64,000 nucleotides of DNA from Eledone cirrhosa. Lineage: Eukaryota. This document shows, one piece after another, positions 1-14,344 of this stretch. The position numbers and the translations under genes were made by a program. The first letter of the stretch is position 1, and each line of letters opens with the position of its first letter. The stretch spans positions 127,720,001 to 127,784,000 of the forward strand of contig OZ024743.1 in NCBI GenBank assembly GCA_964016885.1, in the 5' to 3' direction. The notes under the pieces were generated by a model. The model was given only the letters and a program-made list of their open reading frames with translations, ran no database searches and was not told the DNA's origin.

Positions 1-391
1 TTCTTTAGTCAATGTTCAGATTGTAATATATACACATATCTCTACATATTGATAATAGAGCTTGACCGAGAATTTTCACCATTTCCATTTTTCAACTTTC
101 TTGTAGAAACATGAGTAAGACAAATATATTTTAAATTTCTTCATCTTGGATTACTATTCATGTGTTCTATACATCTGCATTCATACAACACGTAGGATTA
201 GTTTACTCAAAGTCTAATTCCTAATACTGTACAGATTATACTTGTGAGGAGCTGATACGCTTTTTTATCTTTATTTTTATTTTTTTTTTTTTTTCGCTGA
301 TTGTAGAATTACACTGAGTTTGAAATTTTGTTGACATAACTTTGTTCACCTAGACTTCTATCCTTGTTATGTATATGTACATTCACAGACA

Positions 392-430
<39 letters not shown>

Positions 431-468
431 TTACATATATACACACACACATATATATATATATGTAT

Positions 469-503
<35 letters not shown>

Positions 504-1705
504 ATCATTTAATGTCCATATAAACACTTCAACTATTATAAGAATATTTTCATCTTAAGAATTCGGTTGAAAACACCAGAATTTTCAGTGAATTAAAACA
601 TGAAGAAAATAATTAAATTTTAGCTGCAGAAACTGAAACAAATAATAAATAGTAAAAATTATTAAAAGTTTGGAATTGGTTGCTCTGTATGCTGTCTGGT
701 AGTTCCATAGAGTCCCGTTTCGTAAGAGGCAGCAAATATAAGTTACACATTAGAATAAATGTTGTTGACACAGACGACAATATTTAGAAGAGTAAATACA
801 TATCTGTACATACACTGTACATGTACATAGTTACAATGGACACGACGTGATTGAATGGTTACAGAGTTCACTCCGAAATCATTAGATACTGGGTTCGATC
901 CCACTGTGTGCTATCTGGGGCGAGTGTCATTTACCATAGCCTAGGGTAGACCCAGGCCATGTGAAAGAAATTGAATGAATGGAAACTGTTTGAAAGCCCA
1001 TCGGATTTACTGTACCTGTAATCCAAAGGCCTTGACATACATTGTGTCACGTTGAATCTACCTGAGAATTACGTTAAGAGTACATATTTCTGTGGAATTC
1101 TCAGCCACTTACACGTTAATTTAATAGCAGGCTACCCCGAGAATCCAACTACTGGGACATGCCATTCTTCGTGCTTACTCAATGTTTATAAACACCTACG
1201 AATATATATATTTATTAAATTAACAGATTAAAGTTTAAGCAAAGAATCGCTGCTTTCACTCTTAACGGGATCTTCTGAAACTAAAAAAGTCAATCTGTGA
1301 ACGCAGAAGTAAATATTTCAAAAAACGGTGCAACCGAAGGAAGAGAGGAAGACGATACTTAAACTTTAATCTGTTAATTTAATAAATATTTGCTCTACGG
1401 TTCTTATATATTTGATATATATTTATCCTTATCGAATTTTAGTCTTCAAATTTATTATTATTACTATATATATATATATATATATACAATTGAATATGTG
1501 AGAGATTGTAAACGACTATTTTGAATTTGTAACTCAATGTATGATATTATCGGCTCCGGTACGTAGAGCTAACTTTAGTCTCATAAACTGGGCTGCTATT
1601 TTTAGCGGCATGGGTATGTGAGACACGCTAGGCGCTGTAACATGTGCTTTTATATCAGCATACTGTTCAGTCTTCTTAGATTCTTAGAAGTGAAAGGTCT
1701 ACTAA

Positions 1706-1776
1706 TTTACTGAAGAGCACAGAAATAGTGTCTTTCACTCAATAATTCTTGCGAAACAGATTTAAGTCTGTATGGG
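1706..1776 (+). ncRNA. Hammerhead ribozyme-like motif (type I)
   Basis: CTGAAGA (1710-16), stem II closed by gca/tgc, GAAA (1753-56), stem III cagat-ttaa-gtctg, GUA triplet; stem I only weak (ttta/tggg wobbles). Confidence 0.55.
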
Positions 1777-2033
1777 TATCAAAGGTTTTTGCCCGATATA
1801 GGTTTGTTCTTTTTATTGATTTATTAATTTAGATCGAGTCAGGCAAACCATATTGTTTTAAGTTAGTATTTTTTTCAACCTAGTTAACTTGGTCCTTTGC
1901 AATTGGAACACATGTATACTTATATCTGTGTTTATCTCTCTCACATATACAATTATACTGCACGGCTCTGAAAAATTTCTTTCTTGGAGCTATTTAATTG
2001 TAAAAGACTATTTTGAGTTTCTAATTCAATGTA

Positions 2034-2091
<58 letters not shown>

Positions 2092-2135
2092 ATACTTTGG
2101 GAGGGTCATGTTGCCAATAAACAAATTCAGAAACG

Positions 2136-2186
<51 letters not shown>

Positions 2187-2601
2187 TATGTATTTATCAA
2201 ATAATTTGGTTGTTTTGTTCACTTATCATACAAGGTGGATTAGAAAAGGTAAAACAGTAAAACTACAACAGTGACGACGACCACGATAACACGACAACAA
2301 CAACAACAACAACAATGGTTACTTTTTGACTATGACTAAATTTGATATTCATATGAGAAGAGAACCGTCGAACCAGTCTTCACTGGTACAAATTGTTATC
2401 CAACACAAAAATATTATATAATATATATGTGCATGCGTGTGTGTGTTTATATATATACTTACATACATATACATACATATATACATACACACACATACAA
2501 ACATATATATAATACACAATATATAATACATTTATATAAATACACAAACACACACACACATATATATATATATATACCTATATACATATATATATACATA
2601 C

Positions 2602-2687
<86 letters not shown>

Positions 2688-2962
2688 ATAGAGGTGTAAC
2701 ACACAAGTTATGATATATTGGTAAACAGAATAGAAAATGCTGACAAATTGTTCACAGTGAAAAATAGTTTAATTAGGAATTAGGAATTAGGAACCAAAAC
2801 TTAATACTAACCAATACTATTACTAATTATCACTTATTCCTAATTAAACTATTTTTCACTGTGAACAATTTGTCAGCATTTTCTATTCCGTTTACCAATA
2901 TATATATATATATAAATGAAAAGTATAGAAATTGTTGTAGCGAGAAGCTAACAGTATTCCAT

Positions 2963-3027
<65 letters not shown>

Positions 3028-3631
3028 ATTGTTTGTGTTTAGGAAGCCAATAAAATGGGGTTGTAAATATTCATGCAACAAATTCGGGTGAAGAAACGGA
3101 GAGGTAAGGTTGAATGGAGAAGAGGAAGAGAAAAGGAAAAAAGGAAGAACCTGATATAATGTTACTTTGGAAATATTTATTGGTCCCTATCCCTATATTT
3201 CTAACTCAAGTGTGAACTACTCCAGGGACAGAAAGAACTTCTCCCACATTCAAAGTTTCCTTCGGACCACCTTGATAATGAAGGACTAAGAAATATTTCC
3301 TAGGTAACAACATCTTTGGCTCTTTCTTTTTCCTTTTCCCTTTCTCTCCTCTACTCAACATCATTTCTCCGTTTCTTCACCCGAGTTTGTTGCCTGAATA
3401 TCTACAACCACATTTGCGTTGTAGCAGCTTCATAAACACAAACAATTTTCATATTCCACAATGTTTCAAGCAAAGTACAGCACTCTCTCCCCTATACATA
3501 GGGAGACTGCCTTCAAATTGAGATGGAATTTCCTGGTTCCGGCTTATTTAAAACTAGTTGTCACTATATATATATATATACTATATATATATATACTATA
3601 TATATATATATATATACTATATATATATATA

Positions 3632-3703
<72 letters not shown>

Positions 3704-4566
3704 CATCTCAATTTGAAGATAGTATACTTTTAAGTACGTCGGCTGTTGGTGGTAAGGCACGGGCAGTATATTTCCGAATCATCTTCTTTAACATACGGGG
3801 ACTTTGTGTTTAGTCAAAAATATACCAGTAAAAATGGTGGTATGTAAAGTTTAATAAACATTTAATCTTCCTGATTTGTTTGAGTTAGAATTTTAACGCT
3901 CAACGTCCTGTACCACGCAAAACCACATTAGCAAGACGCTCTTGAAAAGTACAAAATAGCACTATATATCACATGCAAAAAATTAAACTTTTATTGTAAT
4001 ACTGCAAATTTTATCAACAATTTGTCCATGACTAAAGCTGCTATAAACATTTGAATGATCAAAACCCATCTTTAGATATCTTCTGCTAAATCATTATAGG
4101 ATGTTAAAAGTTAATGTCGATAAAGCACAATGGAAAACATAAATTGGGAACTAGAAAAATATTATTTATGAAATGTTATAAAGCAATTGAAATATTTAGT
4201 GTTGATTCCCACGAATCACTGGTTCGGTGCTGTAAATTAAATTGGTGGTTGTAATCTTTTTCTCTCTTGCTATTGCTATGGTAGGCTTTGAAACCAACAC
4301 TGCAAACTAACAAAACGTTTATTAAGTATACTTTCCTTTCGATGTTTACAGCGCCACTTCTATCTCCCCTCCATGATGTATATTTATAGCTGTATAAACT
4401 GAAATAGTGAGTGTTAAATACATTGGTCATGGACGCAGTTCGACACTAGGATACGAACCATCTACCCTTCAGTCAATAGTTCGACACCTTATCGAATCAA
4501 ACAGCGTAGAAGCCTCACAATAAAACATAATTTCCAATGCTAGAAAACATGTTCTCCTATACTCAC

Positions 4567-4701
4567 GTTTAAAACATACTGAGAAATTATGTGTGACGGC
4601 GTAACCATTCAGACATTTGCAGGTTCCAGCTGAACAAAAGCTATTGGTCACTGCGCCACTACAGTCTGTATCAACTGAACAGGTTTTATCACCGATTTTT
4701 C
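4567..4701 (-). CDS. Exon of EB-module repeat protein (one module); gene probably continues toward or beyond position 1
   Basis: ttttcag|GA AAA ATC GGT...TTT AAA C|gtgagt; 135 nt, phase 1-1; KIGDKTCSVDTDCSGAVTNSFCSAGTCKCLNGYAVTHNFSVCFK. Confidence 0.9.
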
Positions 4702-4789
4702 CTGAAAAAATAAAAGGATATATATAAATATACGTATACCTATATATGTGTGTGTGTATATATATATGTATATATATATGTATATATAG

Positions 4790-5200
4790 AGATGACCCCT
4801 TAGCCTTTGTCAAGGCAGAATTCTAGGAGAAGGAAAACTCTGATATAACACCTGCAACCCTGATGGTATCCAATGATGTTGACTTGTTCTTCTTTTTGGT
4901 AAATATTATCTTGGTTAAGAGAGTGGGACTGGCTTTGTGCAGTGCCTTTGCTCACTATAAAAGCTTCACGGCACAGGCATTGCTTTATATCTGGAGATCT
5001 CTGATCTCTCTGCACTTGTCATCACATGGTACCATGGGCCCAGCACTATGTGTCAATAATTGTCACAGGTGTAGTGTTTGTACCAGAGTTTTCAAGTCGC
5101 TGGCTGGACTAAAAAGTCACACTCGTTCAGCGCATTGGTAGGGGTTCTCCTACATGGATATAAAGTAGTGGCCGTACTCGAAAACGAGTTGGCAGCCACC
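4790..5200 (+). mobile_element. RTE-related short element (C2H2-finger LINE tail)
   Basis: Encodes remnant CSVCTRVFKSLAGLKSHTRSAH; second copy at 39991-40564. Confidence 0.7.
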
Positions 5201-5203
5201 ATA

Positions 5204-5281
<78 letters not shown>

Positions 5282-5364
5282 AAAAGGAACGATCGACTTT
5301 CGTCAAATCGGACCGAGGGAACAATGTTTCCGTTGGTCTTTCCAATTGCTAATACTATCTATCG

Positions 5365-5502
5365 GTCGCAACTCCAGGTAGAAGGAGCAACGTGAAATAA
5401 AGTGTCTTGCTCAAGGACATAACGCATCACCTGGTCCAGGAATCGAACTCACAACCTTACGATTGAGAATCCAATTCTCTAACCACTCAGCCACACGCCT
5501 TC
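5365..5502 (-). mobile_element. 5' part of a second tRNA-derived (CORE-like) SINE family
   Basis: Minus strand tggctgagtggttag (A box), gagttcgattcc (B box), gtccttgagcaagacactt; diverged relatives near 838-1160 and 50455-50840. Confidence 0.75.
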
Positions 5503-5506
5503 ACAC

Positions 5507-5643
<137 letters not shown>

Positions 5644-5820
5644 AAGAGTATAAGTGAGAGTGAAAGGAAAAAGGAGAAACTCAGCATAATTCCAACGGGG
5701 AAGGCTAACTGTTAAGATTTTACTAGCTCCCTATACCTTGACTGCACCTATATATCGAGTACTACCCTGATTCACCAGTCCACGAACCATGAGCACATCA
5801 TATCATATCACCCATATCTC

Positions 5821-5884
<64 letters not shown>

Positions 5885-6061
5885 ATATATATATATGATA
5901 TATATAAGTTATCTTATCTTTAAATCCGCTACGGGCGAGGGCGTCATTGTAGTAGGAGGCAGATGCATTAAAAATATCTTTGTTGGCGGAGAGGCCAGAA
6001 ATTCTAATAGAGACGCTTTTTACTAGGTTATCAGTGATGTTTTGGGGGTGGTAACCCCAGA

Positions 6062-6447
6062 ACCACCGATGGGTTTCGGAAAAACTTAAGCTCCTTCTTC
6101 TCTAATCTAGGATTTAGTATAACTATAGAATCTAATTTGACTAGGGCCAACTTCTTAGATGTCACTCTCGACCTAGATACTTCCCTCTATTACCCGTACC
6201 ACAAACCTAACGAGTCCCTTAAATATATTAATGTTAATTCAAACCACCCCAAAAACATCACTGATAACCTAGTAAAAAGCGTCTCTATTAGAATTTCTGG
6301 CCTCTCCACCAACAAAGATATTTTTAATGCATCTGGCTCCTACTACAATGACGCCCTAGCCCGTAGCGGATTTAAAGATAAGATAACTTACCTAGAAACC
6401 ACCGCAAGATTGCAGAGGAGGAATAGACATAGGCAGATTAGCTGGTA
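6062..6447 (+). mobile_element. Penelope-like element reverse-transcriptase C-terminal/thumb fragment
   Basis: ANFLDVTLDL...YYPYHKPNESLKYINVNSNHPKNI...RISGLS...F...YYNDALARSGF matches the FLDV..YxKP..Y...SNHP pattern of PLE RTs; bounded by (TA)n on the 3' side. Confidence 0.8.
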
Positions 6448-6451
6448 TATG

Positions 6452-6491
<40 letters not shown>

Positions 6492-7488
6492 AAGTTTTTT
6501 AACATTTTCTTTGTTAAATTACTGGAGTTCTTAGATTTATTTGATTGTTATCAGCCTAATATGTTCTATTCGGGTATCGCTTTCCTTAGACCGTATCATA
6601 TTGGATTTACTCTGTAACAAATCTCCTCGCACGTGCTATCATTGAGCTTTTCGCCAGGAAGCAAGGTCGGAATGATTGCGATGGCTTCTATGTCTTTAAT
6701 ACTGTATCGATCTAAATCCCCATTATATATATATATCGCAAAATTAATAAACATTCGTTGTACTGCCTCTCTGTTTTGTTGCTGTTCAAATTTTTACATT
6801 ATATATATATATATATATAATTAAAAATAAACCATTAATTACTATTAATTCATTTTCTGCTAATTTGTAATTAGTTTTATATTTGGAAAATTATTTTTAG
6901 TAATGAAATTTTAAATTTTAAATACTATTTCAAATAATCAAAAATATTTATGGTATTACAAAATATCAAATATATTCAAATTTGTATTTCTTAAAACTTC
7001 AGTATGTTTCGAATTTCATTATGAAAAATTACAATGAATTTCGAAAATGTTCGTTCTAATTAAGTGACTTCCTCGTGGCAACTTTGTATCATATTGATCA
7101 GTCAAATATATTTAGCTTTGAAAGCTAAACTTAAAATATGTTTTATTTTTGGCAACGAAAGTAGTATTTGGTATAAAATATAATTCAATTAAATATTTTC
7201 CGTATGATATCAGATTTTTTAATAAAGTAACACAGGCATATCTATTTTTATCGACTAAATATATTCTTTTATTCTGTTACAAGTTTCTGTCAATAGACTG
7301 CAGTCATACTTGGATATTGCCTTAAGGATATCTAGTCGCTCATATCAACACCAGTACGTTTTTGTTTGTTTTTAAGTTTGGTTATTATTTTATCGATCTC
7401 TGTTTATCAATCTTCACATTTATGGAATACAAACAAACAGTAAATGTAAACACAGACACACACACACACATACATACACACATATATA

Positions 7489-7582
<94 letters not shown>

Positions 7583-7789
7583 TATATATATATAATATTG
7601 TATATATATATGACGGGTTTCAGTCTACTAAATTTCACTCACAAAGCCAAAATGGAAGCTATAACAAAAAACGTAGTGGGACTGAACCCAAAACCACATG
7701 GTGGTGAAACTAAAATAACAAAAATATTATTTGGAAAGAAGCCGAGAGATGAAAGTAAATGAATGAATATAAGAAAGAGTTCAACTAAC

Positions 7790-8087
7790 GTAGTGAACAT
7801 GTTGTATTTAAGTTGTTAACGTGATATCCAGAGAGACAGAAGCATGTGTCATTTCTGCAACTACTATTTCCAACGGCACTGGAACAATCTTCATTATTTC
7901 TGCATCCAGTAGTAAATATTTTTCGGATATTACATTGACGTCCATTATCCTGAGCGCGGAAACCCATTTTGCACTCACATTTGCCAGAAACACACTCGCT
8001 GTTCTCCACTGCCTCGGAACAATCACTCTGCTCTGAACAATTGTCTCCAATAGTTCTAAGAATACAAGATGTATTCATAAAATTTAC
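7790..8087 (-). CDS. Exon of EB-module repeat protein (end of a split module plus 2 modules)
   Basis: atttcag|GTA AAT TTT ATG...TCA CTA C|gttagt; 298 nt, phase 0 in, phase 1 out; VNFMNTSCILR completes the module begun in 11415-11788. Confidence 0.9.
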
Positions 8088-8753
8088 CTGAAATGGTAGA
8101 AATAAAACAATAGAATAACATTAAATATAATAATTAGTTAGAATTGATTTGGTAAAACCGGTACATTGTAAGCTAGAAATGAATGTATGAACCCGTAAAC
8201 CCTTATGAAGTTGTAGGGTTGCTGTCGTTACAAATGTCTTGGGCGTTTTAAAACTAGAAGAGCCCATCTCTCTTCAGGGTGGAATAAAGCCAATTTCTTT
8301 CAGGTAAGGAGAGAGGGGGGGGGATAGGTTTTCAGAAAGAATCGAACTCAGTATAAGACTGGTACTTTTTCTTATCGACCTTGAAAGGACAAAAGGCAAA
8401 GTTAACATCGGCAGGAATTGCACTCAGAGAGCAGAAAGTGGGAAATAATAACTCAAAGCATTCTATCCGACCTAATGACTTTGCCAATTCACCGCCTCAC
8501 AAGTTAGAAATACAAGAGTGAAAACCTAGAGTAAAGTAAGAAGAACGAAACAAAACAAAGTTTATACATTCATGATATTTCGGAGATAAGGACCTATTTT
8601 CAAAGAAATATCCTAACCAGGTAATATGAAATATAAGGTAAAAATATAAACCGTTTTGTTTTAGTTTGGTCTTCTTTACTTGTACCAACTTTCTCAAAAC
8701 AGTCATAACCACATGTCTTACAAAACTTCAAACAATAATTGTTGACATATTAC

Positions 8754-9077
8754 CAGTGTACCACCGGCATTTGCGGCCCCAGTTATTCGCGGAATTTTCC
8801 TTAGACACCTGACTAATAATTGTTCGTGGGAACCACCGCATATTCGCGGAATCGTAAATATCTTCTGCGATTTTTATCATGGCTTTTTCCGCGGCAATAT
8901 ATGTTTTTTCATGCTTTTTAACGCTAAATTATTAATATCAATATACCATATTTGCCTGCCTATATTTTACGTTTTGACGTTTATAGGCATTTTTATGGAC
9001 CACGTCCAATATTCGCGGTTTTCACTCTTCGCGGGTGCTCTAGGAATGTAACCTCCGCGAATAACGGGGGACAACTG
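8754..9077. mobile_element. Tc1/mariner-pogo (Tigger-like) MITE
   Basis: Imperfect TIRs cagtgtaccaccggcatttgcgg / ccgcgaataacgggggacaactg followed by TA; second copy at 32545-32838. Confidence 0.75.
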
Positions 9078-9426
9078 TATAAGTAATAAATATTTTCTAA
9101 CAGGATTTATATAAAATTGATTTCTTATGTTTAAAATAAATATAAATTTAATATTTTCTCTGGCTTTCAATATAGTTTTTTCATCGAAATATTTCCTTAT
9201 TTACTAACTACAACTTTATGTCTATTGTAGGCGAACCTATGACTGAAGATGACTTATTTGATTCGTGGCTATACATTTTCCTAAATCGACTAGTTTGCAG
9301 AAATATGATTAGTCCTTGTGATACATATACGTATCTATAAGCAACATCCACCTGAGATTTTACATTTCAGAAAGACTTAATGGACGAACGAAAGAAAGTT
9401 ATGAAGAAGACATTCACAGAATATAA

Positions 9427-9476
<50 letters not shown>

Positions 9477-9535
9477 TGTGTGAGTGTGTGTGAGAAAGAG
9501 ACAGAGAGAGAGAGAGAGTGTGTGTCTGTGTGTGT

Positions 9536-9616
<81 letters not shown>

Positions 9617-9952
9617 TAAGAATTTATTTATTTACAACAACAACAGAACTATCTTTCCCTCCAATTAATATTACTTGCAATCATTCACACCTGACCTGAA
9701 GCAATCAATTATCCTCATTAATCTATCATATATTACTTTATTACAAGTAATCTTATCTAACAACTCTAAGACCTCCACACAAAACCCTCCATCTTTTTCT
9801 TTCTATATATGATGCTCCGGCCTCATCAACAAAGACACATAATCCTAGCAAGTAACATACTTTCACAGAGCAGAAACAAAACAAACAATAATGTGCTCTG
9901 CAAAGCTTGGCTAGCTGGACCTTCAAATGAAACTACAGAACATTATTTCAAG

Positions 9953-10584
9953 GCGGGACTTTGCCTTTCATCCTTACGGGGTCGATAAAATAAAGTACCA
10001 GTAATGCACTGGGTAATTGCTGGCCTTGTGCCTAAAGTAGAAACAATTATTTCAAGACGCCATGCTTTCTAGTATAGAGTTACGTCACTCTAAGGACTGA
10101 GTTCAAATTCCTCCAAGGTTAACTTTGCCTTTCATCCTTACGGGGTCGATAAAATAAAGTACCAGTAATGTACTGGGTATTTGCAGGCCTTGTGCCAAAA
10201 GTAGAAACAATTATTTCCAGGGCGGTGGATTGGCAAACGGGTAGAGGATCGGACGCCATGTTTTGCAGCATGGAGTTACGGCCCTTTACAGTATGTGTTC
10301 AAATCCCACCGAGGTTAAATTTGCCTTTCAACCTTACGGGGATCGATAAAATAAAGCACCAGTAATACATTGGGATAATTGCTGGCCTTGTGCCAAAAGT
10401 AGAAACAATTATTTCAAAGGCGGTGGATTGGCAGTATCAGTAGAGGGTCGGACGCCATGCTTTGCACCATAGAGTTACGTCCCTTTACGGTCTGAGTTCA
10501 AATCCTGCCGGGGTCGATAAAATAAAGTACCAGTAATGCACTGGGATAATTGCTGGTCTTGTGCCAAATATAGAAACAATTATT
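9953..10584 (+). mobile_element. Head-to-tail array of four tRNA-derived SINE units
   Basis: ggggtcgataaaataaagtaccagtaat...gccttgtgcc-aaagtagaaacaattatttc repeated 4 times; B-box gagttcaaatcc. Confidence 0.88.
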
Positions 10585-10949
10585 TCAGTGCTAGAATCGA
10601 GATCAGCAGCCACCTATGGACACAAAACTTTATTAACTCATCCGCTACTGTACCTCTCATGAAGTACACTCTATTTCAATTAATTATCAAGACTTTTGAA
10701 AGCTTTACTAAAATTGTTATTTCATTTCTAAGAGTTTCTTTTTTATATGGTTTTTATATAAAATTATGTTGGATTTCAATTTAAAATAGGAACTCTTTTA
10801 AATGGATAGCTTTTTTCATAGAATCGGGAGTAGTTTTGGTTGGGTTGGTATTAAAAGGATTAATTAAGTAGCTAAAGTCATGGTCTTCATCGATTATGGA
10901 GGAACTAACAACATGCCAATCATATCAATCGATATCAAAATAGTTAGTA

Positions 10950-11092
10950 CCTCCCTACTCACCACCATAGGCGCTGAGCTGGCCAACCGCAGGTATGAGT
11001 CTCGCGAGATGGAACGGCTCTTCCAGCGCATCTCCCTTACCATCCTCCGAGGAAACTCCTTCTCCATTCTGTCCGCCGGGGCTGTGGGGTAG
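10950..11092 (+). mobile_element. 3' fragment of CRE-like non-LTR retrotransposon (RLE endonuclease end)
   Basis: LLTTIGAELANRRYESREMERLFQRISLTILRGNS; GC-rich island. Confidence 0.7.
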
Positions 11093-11414
11093 CCAGCATG
11101 TGGGACCCAATTTGTTCACAATACAGAGAGATGGGGAGGGCGAGAGAGATGGAGGCGATGACAGTAGGAGTTCGGCTGTTCCGTGTTCGGTCACATTGCA
11201 CCTTGTCATGTGGATCATGTGATTTTTTTGTGTACCATCTTGATACTCATGACGGTATCTGCTCATCTGTTCCTTAACTAAAAATGTTGTTGCTGTTGTT
11301 TGGTGCGTGTGAGTATGTGTGAGTATGGGTGTGCGAGCATGGCTATATGTCTGTATCTGTGTATGAGTAAGAGCAAGAGAAAATTTTACGCCAACCGTTT
11401 TGGTTTAAACATAC

Positions 11415-11788
11415 CTGGAAACCAGAGTGACACAAACAAGTTTTCTGCCTACAGTGGCTGTTGTTCACGGCAGTGTTACAGTCTTCATCCATAGTACACG
11501 TAGTATCATATATCTTCCTGAGGATACAGGAACTTTTATTGGCAGCACCAAAGTAACCCAGATGACAATGACATGTACCATTGCGACATTTACTGAATTC
11601 TATTGCTTCACTGCAATCAACATCGAGTTTACATGTCTGGTCACCAAGTTTCCTCTTGTGACATTGCTCCTTTGATTCAGTTGGGTGATGACCTAGATAA
11701 CACTGGCAGGATCCATTAAAACACATGCTGTTATCCACGGCATCACTACAGTCAGTATCTACCATACAGCTATCATCACCAATAATAC
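11415..11788 (-). CDS. Exon of EB-module repeat protein (about 2.75 modules)
   Basis: ttttcag|GT ATT ATT GGT...GGT TTC CAG|gtatgt; 374 nt, phase 1 in, phase 0 out; IIGDDSCMVDTDC...CLCHSGFQ. Confidence 0.9.
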
Positions 11789-12331
11789 CTGAAAAATCAA
11801 TACATTTTGATAACTGCAAGAGTGAAACTTTATAAAGAACCTATTGAAAGTAATTTGGTTCTAAAAATAGCAGCCAAATTTCTCACAAATCACATCATAA
11901 CGTTTTTAGAAAAAGGAAATTTAATCACGTAGACCTTGACATGAAAAGCTGACAGGGTGGTCGTAACTGGAAAGTCATTAATAAGCGGTCTTCTCGATCA
12001 TGGCTGACATGGAACTTAACAAAAAAAACAGATACAGGAACACACATGTTTAATTCCATGTTATTGTATCTCTACTATAGTGACACAATCAACGTGAGTT
12101 ATAGTATTTTAAATTGTTTACAATGAACTACATACGTCAGTCTATCTCAAAGTGAGTTCAACGAAAAGATTCAGGTTTTCTAAGAAATAGGTGCTTTTTA
12201 ATAGAATTTAATAAAAAATATATTGGTGTTTTTACATGAATAAATTCCCTCTTTAAAACAATTTCTTTTCCACTTAATAACGAATTGAAATTAGAATGGC
12301 GGGGATTGGCCAGAAAATACAGGTATAGGTT

Positions 12332-12570
12332 CCGTGAAGTTTTAGAAAATATGTTTGGCCAGCACTGGTGGAGAAAGTTTCAGTGAGCTGAAGTATTAAC
12401 GCACTTTTAGTTCATTTCATTTATATTGCCAAAGCTTTCGTGAAGTTTTAGAAAATCATATTAGGGGTTCGCAACAAAATATGTCTGGCCACCATTGGTG
12501 GAGAAAGTTTCAGTGAGCTGAAGAATTAACCCACTTTTAGTTCATTTCATTTATATTGCCAAAGCTTTCG
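12332..12570 (+). repeat. Local tandem duplication of ~105 bp
   Basis: aaaatatgt-tggcca-ca-tggtggagaaagtttcagtgagctgaag...gccaaagctttcg occurs twice. Confidence 0.85.
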
Positions 12571-12580
12571 GACAAAGTGA

Positions 12581-12805
12581 TATAGAGAATATGGCTGAAC
12601 AGTGGCCGATGTCTTGACTTATGTATTTATGTTTCCTATTTGATACTGATATATTATATTTATTATTGATACTATTATCAATACAAATGACCAAGACATT
12701 TGTATTGATAATAGTATCAATAATAAATATAATATATCAGTATCAAATAGGAAACATAAATACATAAGTCAAGACATAGGCCACTGTTCAGCCATATTCT
12801 CTATA
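12581..12805. repeat. Palindrome, ~108-bp arms, 7-nt spacer
   Basis: tatagagaatatggctgaacagtggcc...caaatg accaaga catttg...ggccactgttcagccatattctctata. Confidence 0.92.
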
Positions 12806-12839
12806 ATCCTCGAACCTTTTCAAATGTTTAGATAGTCGC

Positions 12840-13095
12840 TTCGGCCACAAACCCCGGTACTGCGGCTCACAATGCAGAGAAAAGAAAGATTAAAAAAATA
12901 CCGGGGATTGTCCGGCCGCTTCTTCTTCGCACCGGTCGCAGTCGAGACCTCAGGAGTGCTTGGACCCCGTACTGCGGAGCTCCTCCGCAAGATCGGAACG
13001 TCAGCTGCCCGTCTGAAGAAGGAGCCCCACGAGGTGGGATGGCTGTTGCAGCCGGTGTCGCTGGCTATGGTCCGTGGGAATGTTCGTGGGGCGAA
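12840..13095 (+). mobile_element. 3' fragment of CRE-like non-LTR retrotransposon (RLE endonuclease end)
   Basis: KKYRGL..FFFAPVAVETSGVLGP...WLLQPVSLAMVRGN; GC-rich island. Confidence 0.75.
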
Positions 13096-14344
13096 GCCTC
13101 AATACCACCACACCCAATTCCTAGAGCCCATCACCCTCCCCTTCTCTACTCCATTCTTCCGTGACCTTAGAGCCCTTGCTTTTCCCTTCCTTTTCCGTTT
13201 TCATAACCACAAAAGACATGTTAGCAGATATGATATAATATATATGTGGGGAATGGGTAAAACTAAAAACAAAACGTGTGCCGCCCACAAACAGAAGTTG
13301 CTTATCTTTGCATTAGACAGTATTATCAAAGTCAAGTTCATAACAAAGAAAAAAAATAACATTATCATTATTTATATTTTAATGAACAACATAAAGGATA
13401 AAGTTTAAATATTTTGAGTTTTAAACTAATATTTAATGAGGATCCGTTATTCTTTTATTTGCTTTTAAAGCAATATTAAAAAGAAATAAGAAAGAATGCA
13501 AAAATGTGTTGTTGGCACCAGCTGTATAGAATATTTTCTCTGGCAACGGAATATACAGTGCAGAAATAATGCAACTTACTCTGAAGATTGCCAGACTCTT
13601 TAAAATTCGTTGGTGAAAAGTGAGAGTCAGTATTAGGATAAAGTTACTGAGTAGTAAATATAACTTGTTTGAACCGCGCCAGATAAGTTGATAATATCAT
13701 GACAAAAAATGTAAACTGAAGTTTTCTAAACACAAGTTAGTAACTGAGTAAAATATGTCTTATTTTGTAGTTTCAGGTTTCACAGAGAATTCAGAGATTT
13801 TAATATGAATGTAAAATCTATTTATGTGGTTAGTATACAGTAAGTACAAATACTAAAAAAATATTTTTTACTTAACAAACTACTAAAGTGTTCTTTATCC
13901 CCTTTGACAAGCAATTAGCAAATTTACCAGCTAATGAGGGAAGCTTCTGTTCGGTCGTTTTACCTGCTAACAATAGCAGCCAAATTTCTCACAAATTACA
14001 CCATATTTTAGAAAAAGAACACATTTAATCATGTAGACCTTGACACAATGTATATGAAAAACTGATAGGATGGTCACAACCGGAAAGTTATTTTAAGCAA
14101 TCTCCTTCATCATGGCTGACATGAAGTTTAGCAACAAAACAGACACAAACACACATACTGGCACACAGGGGCACATACACAAGCACACATGCTCCCACAC
14201 GACCATACACGCAAAAAACACACAGGTGCACAGAAAGGTACATACACACAGACATACACATATATACATGCACACACACACATGCATGCACACACAGAGG
14301 CACACTAATAGATAAATACAAGCAAATATATTTTTTATACTCAC

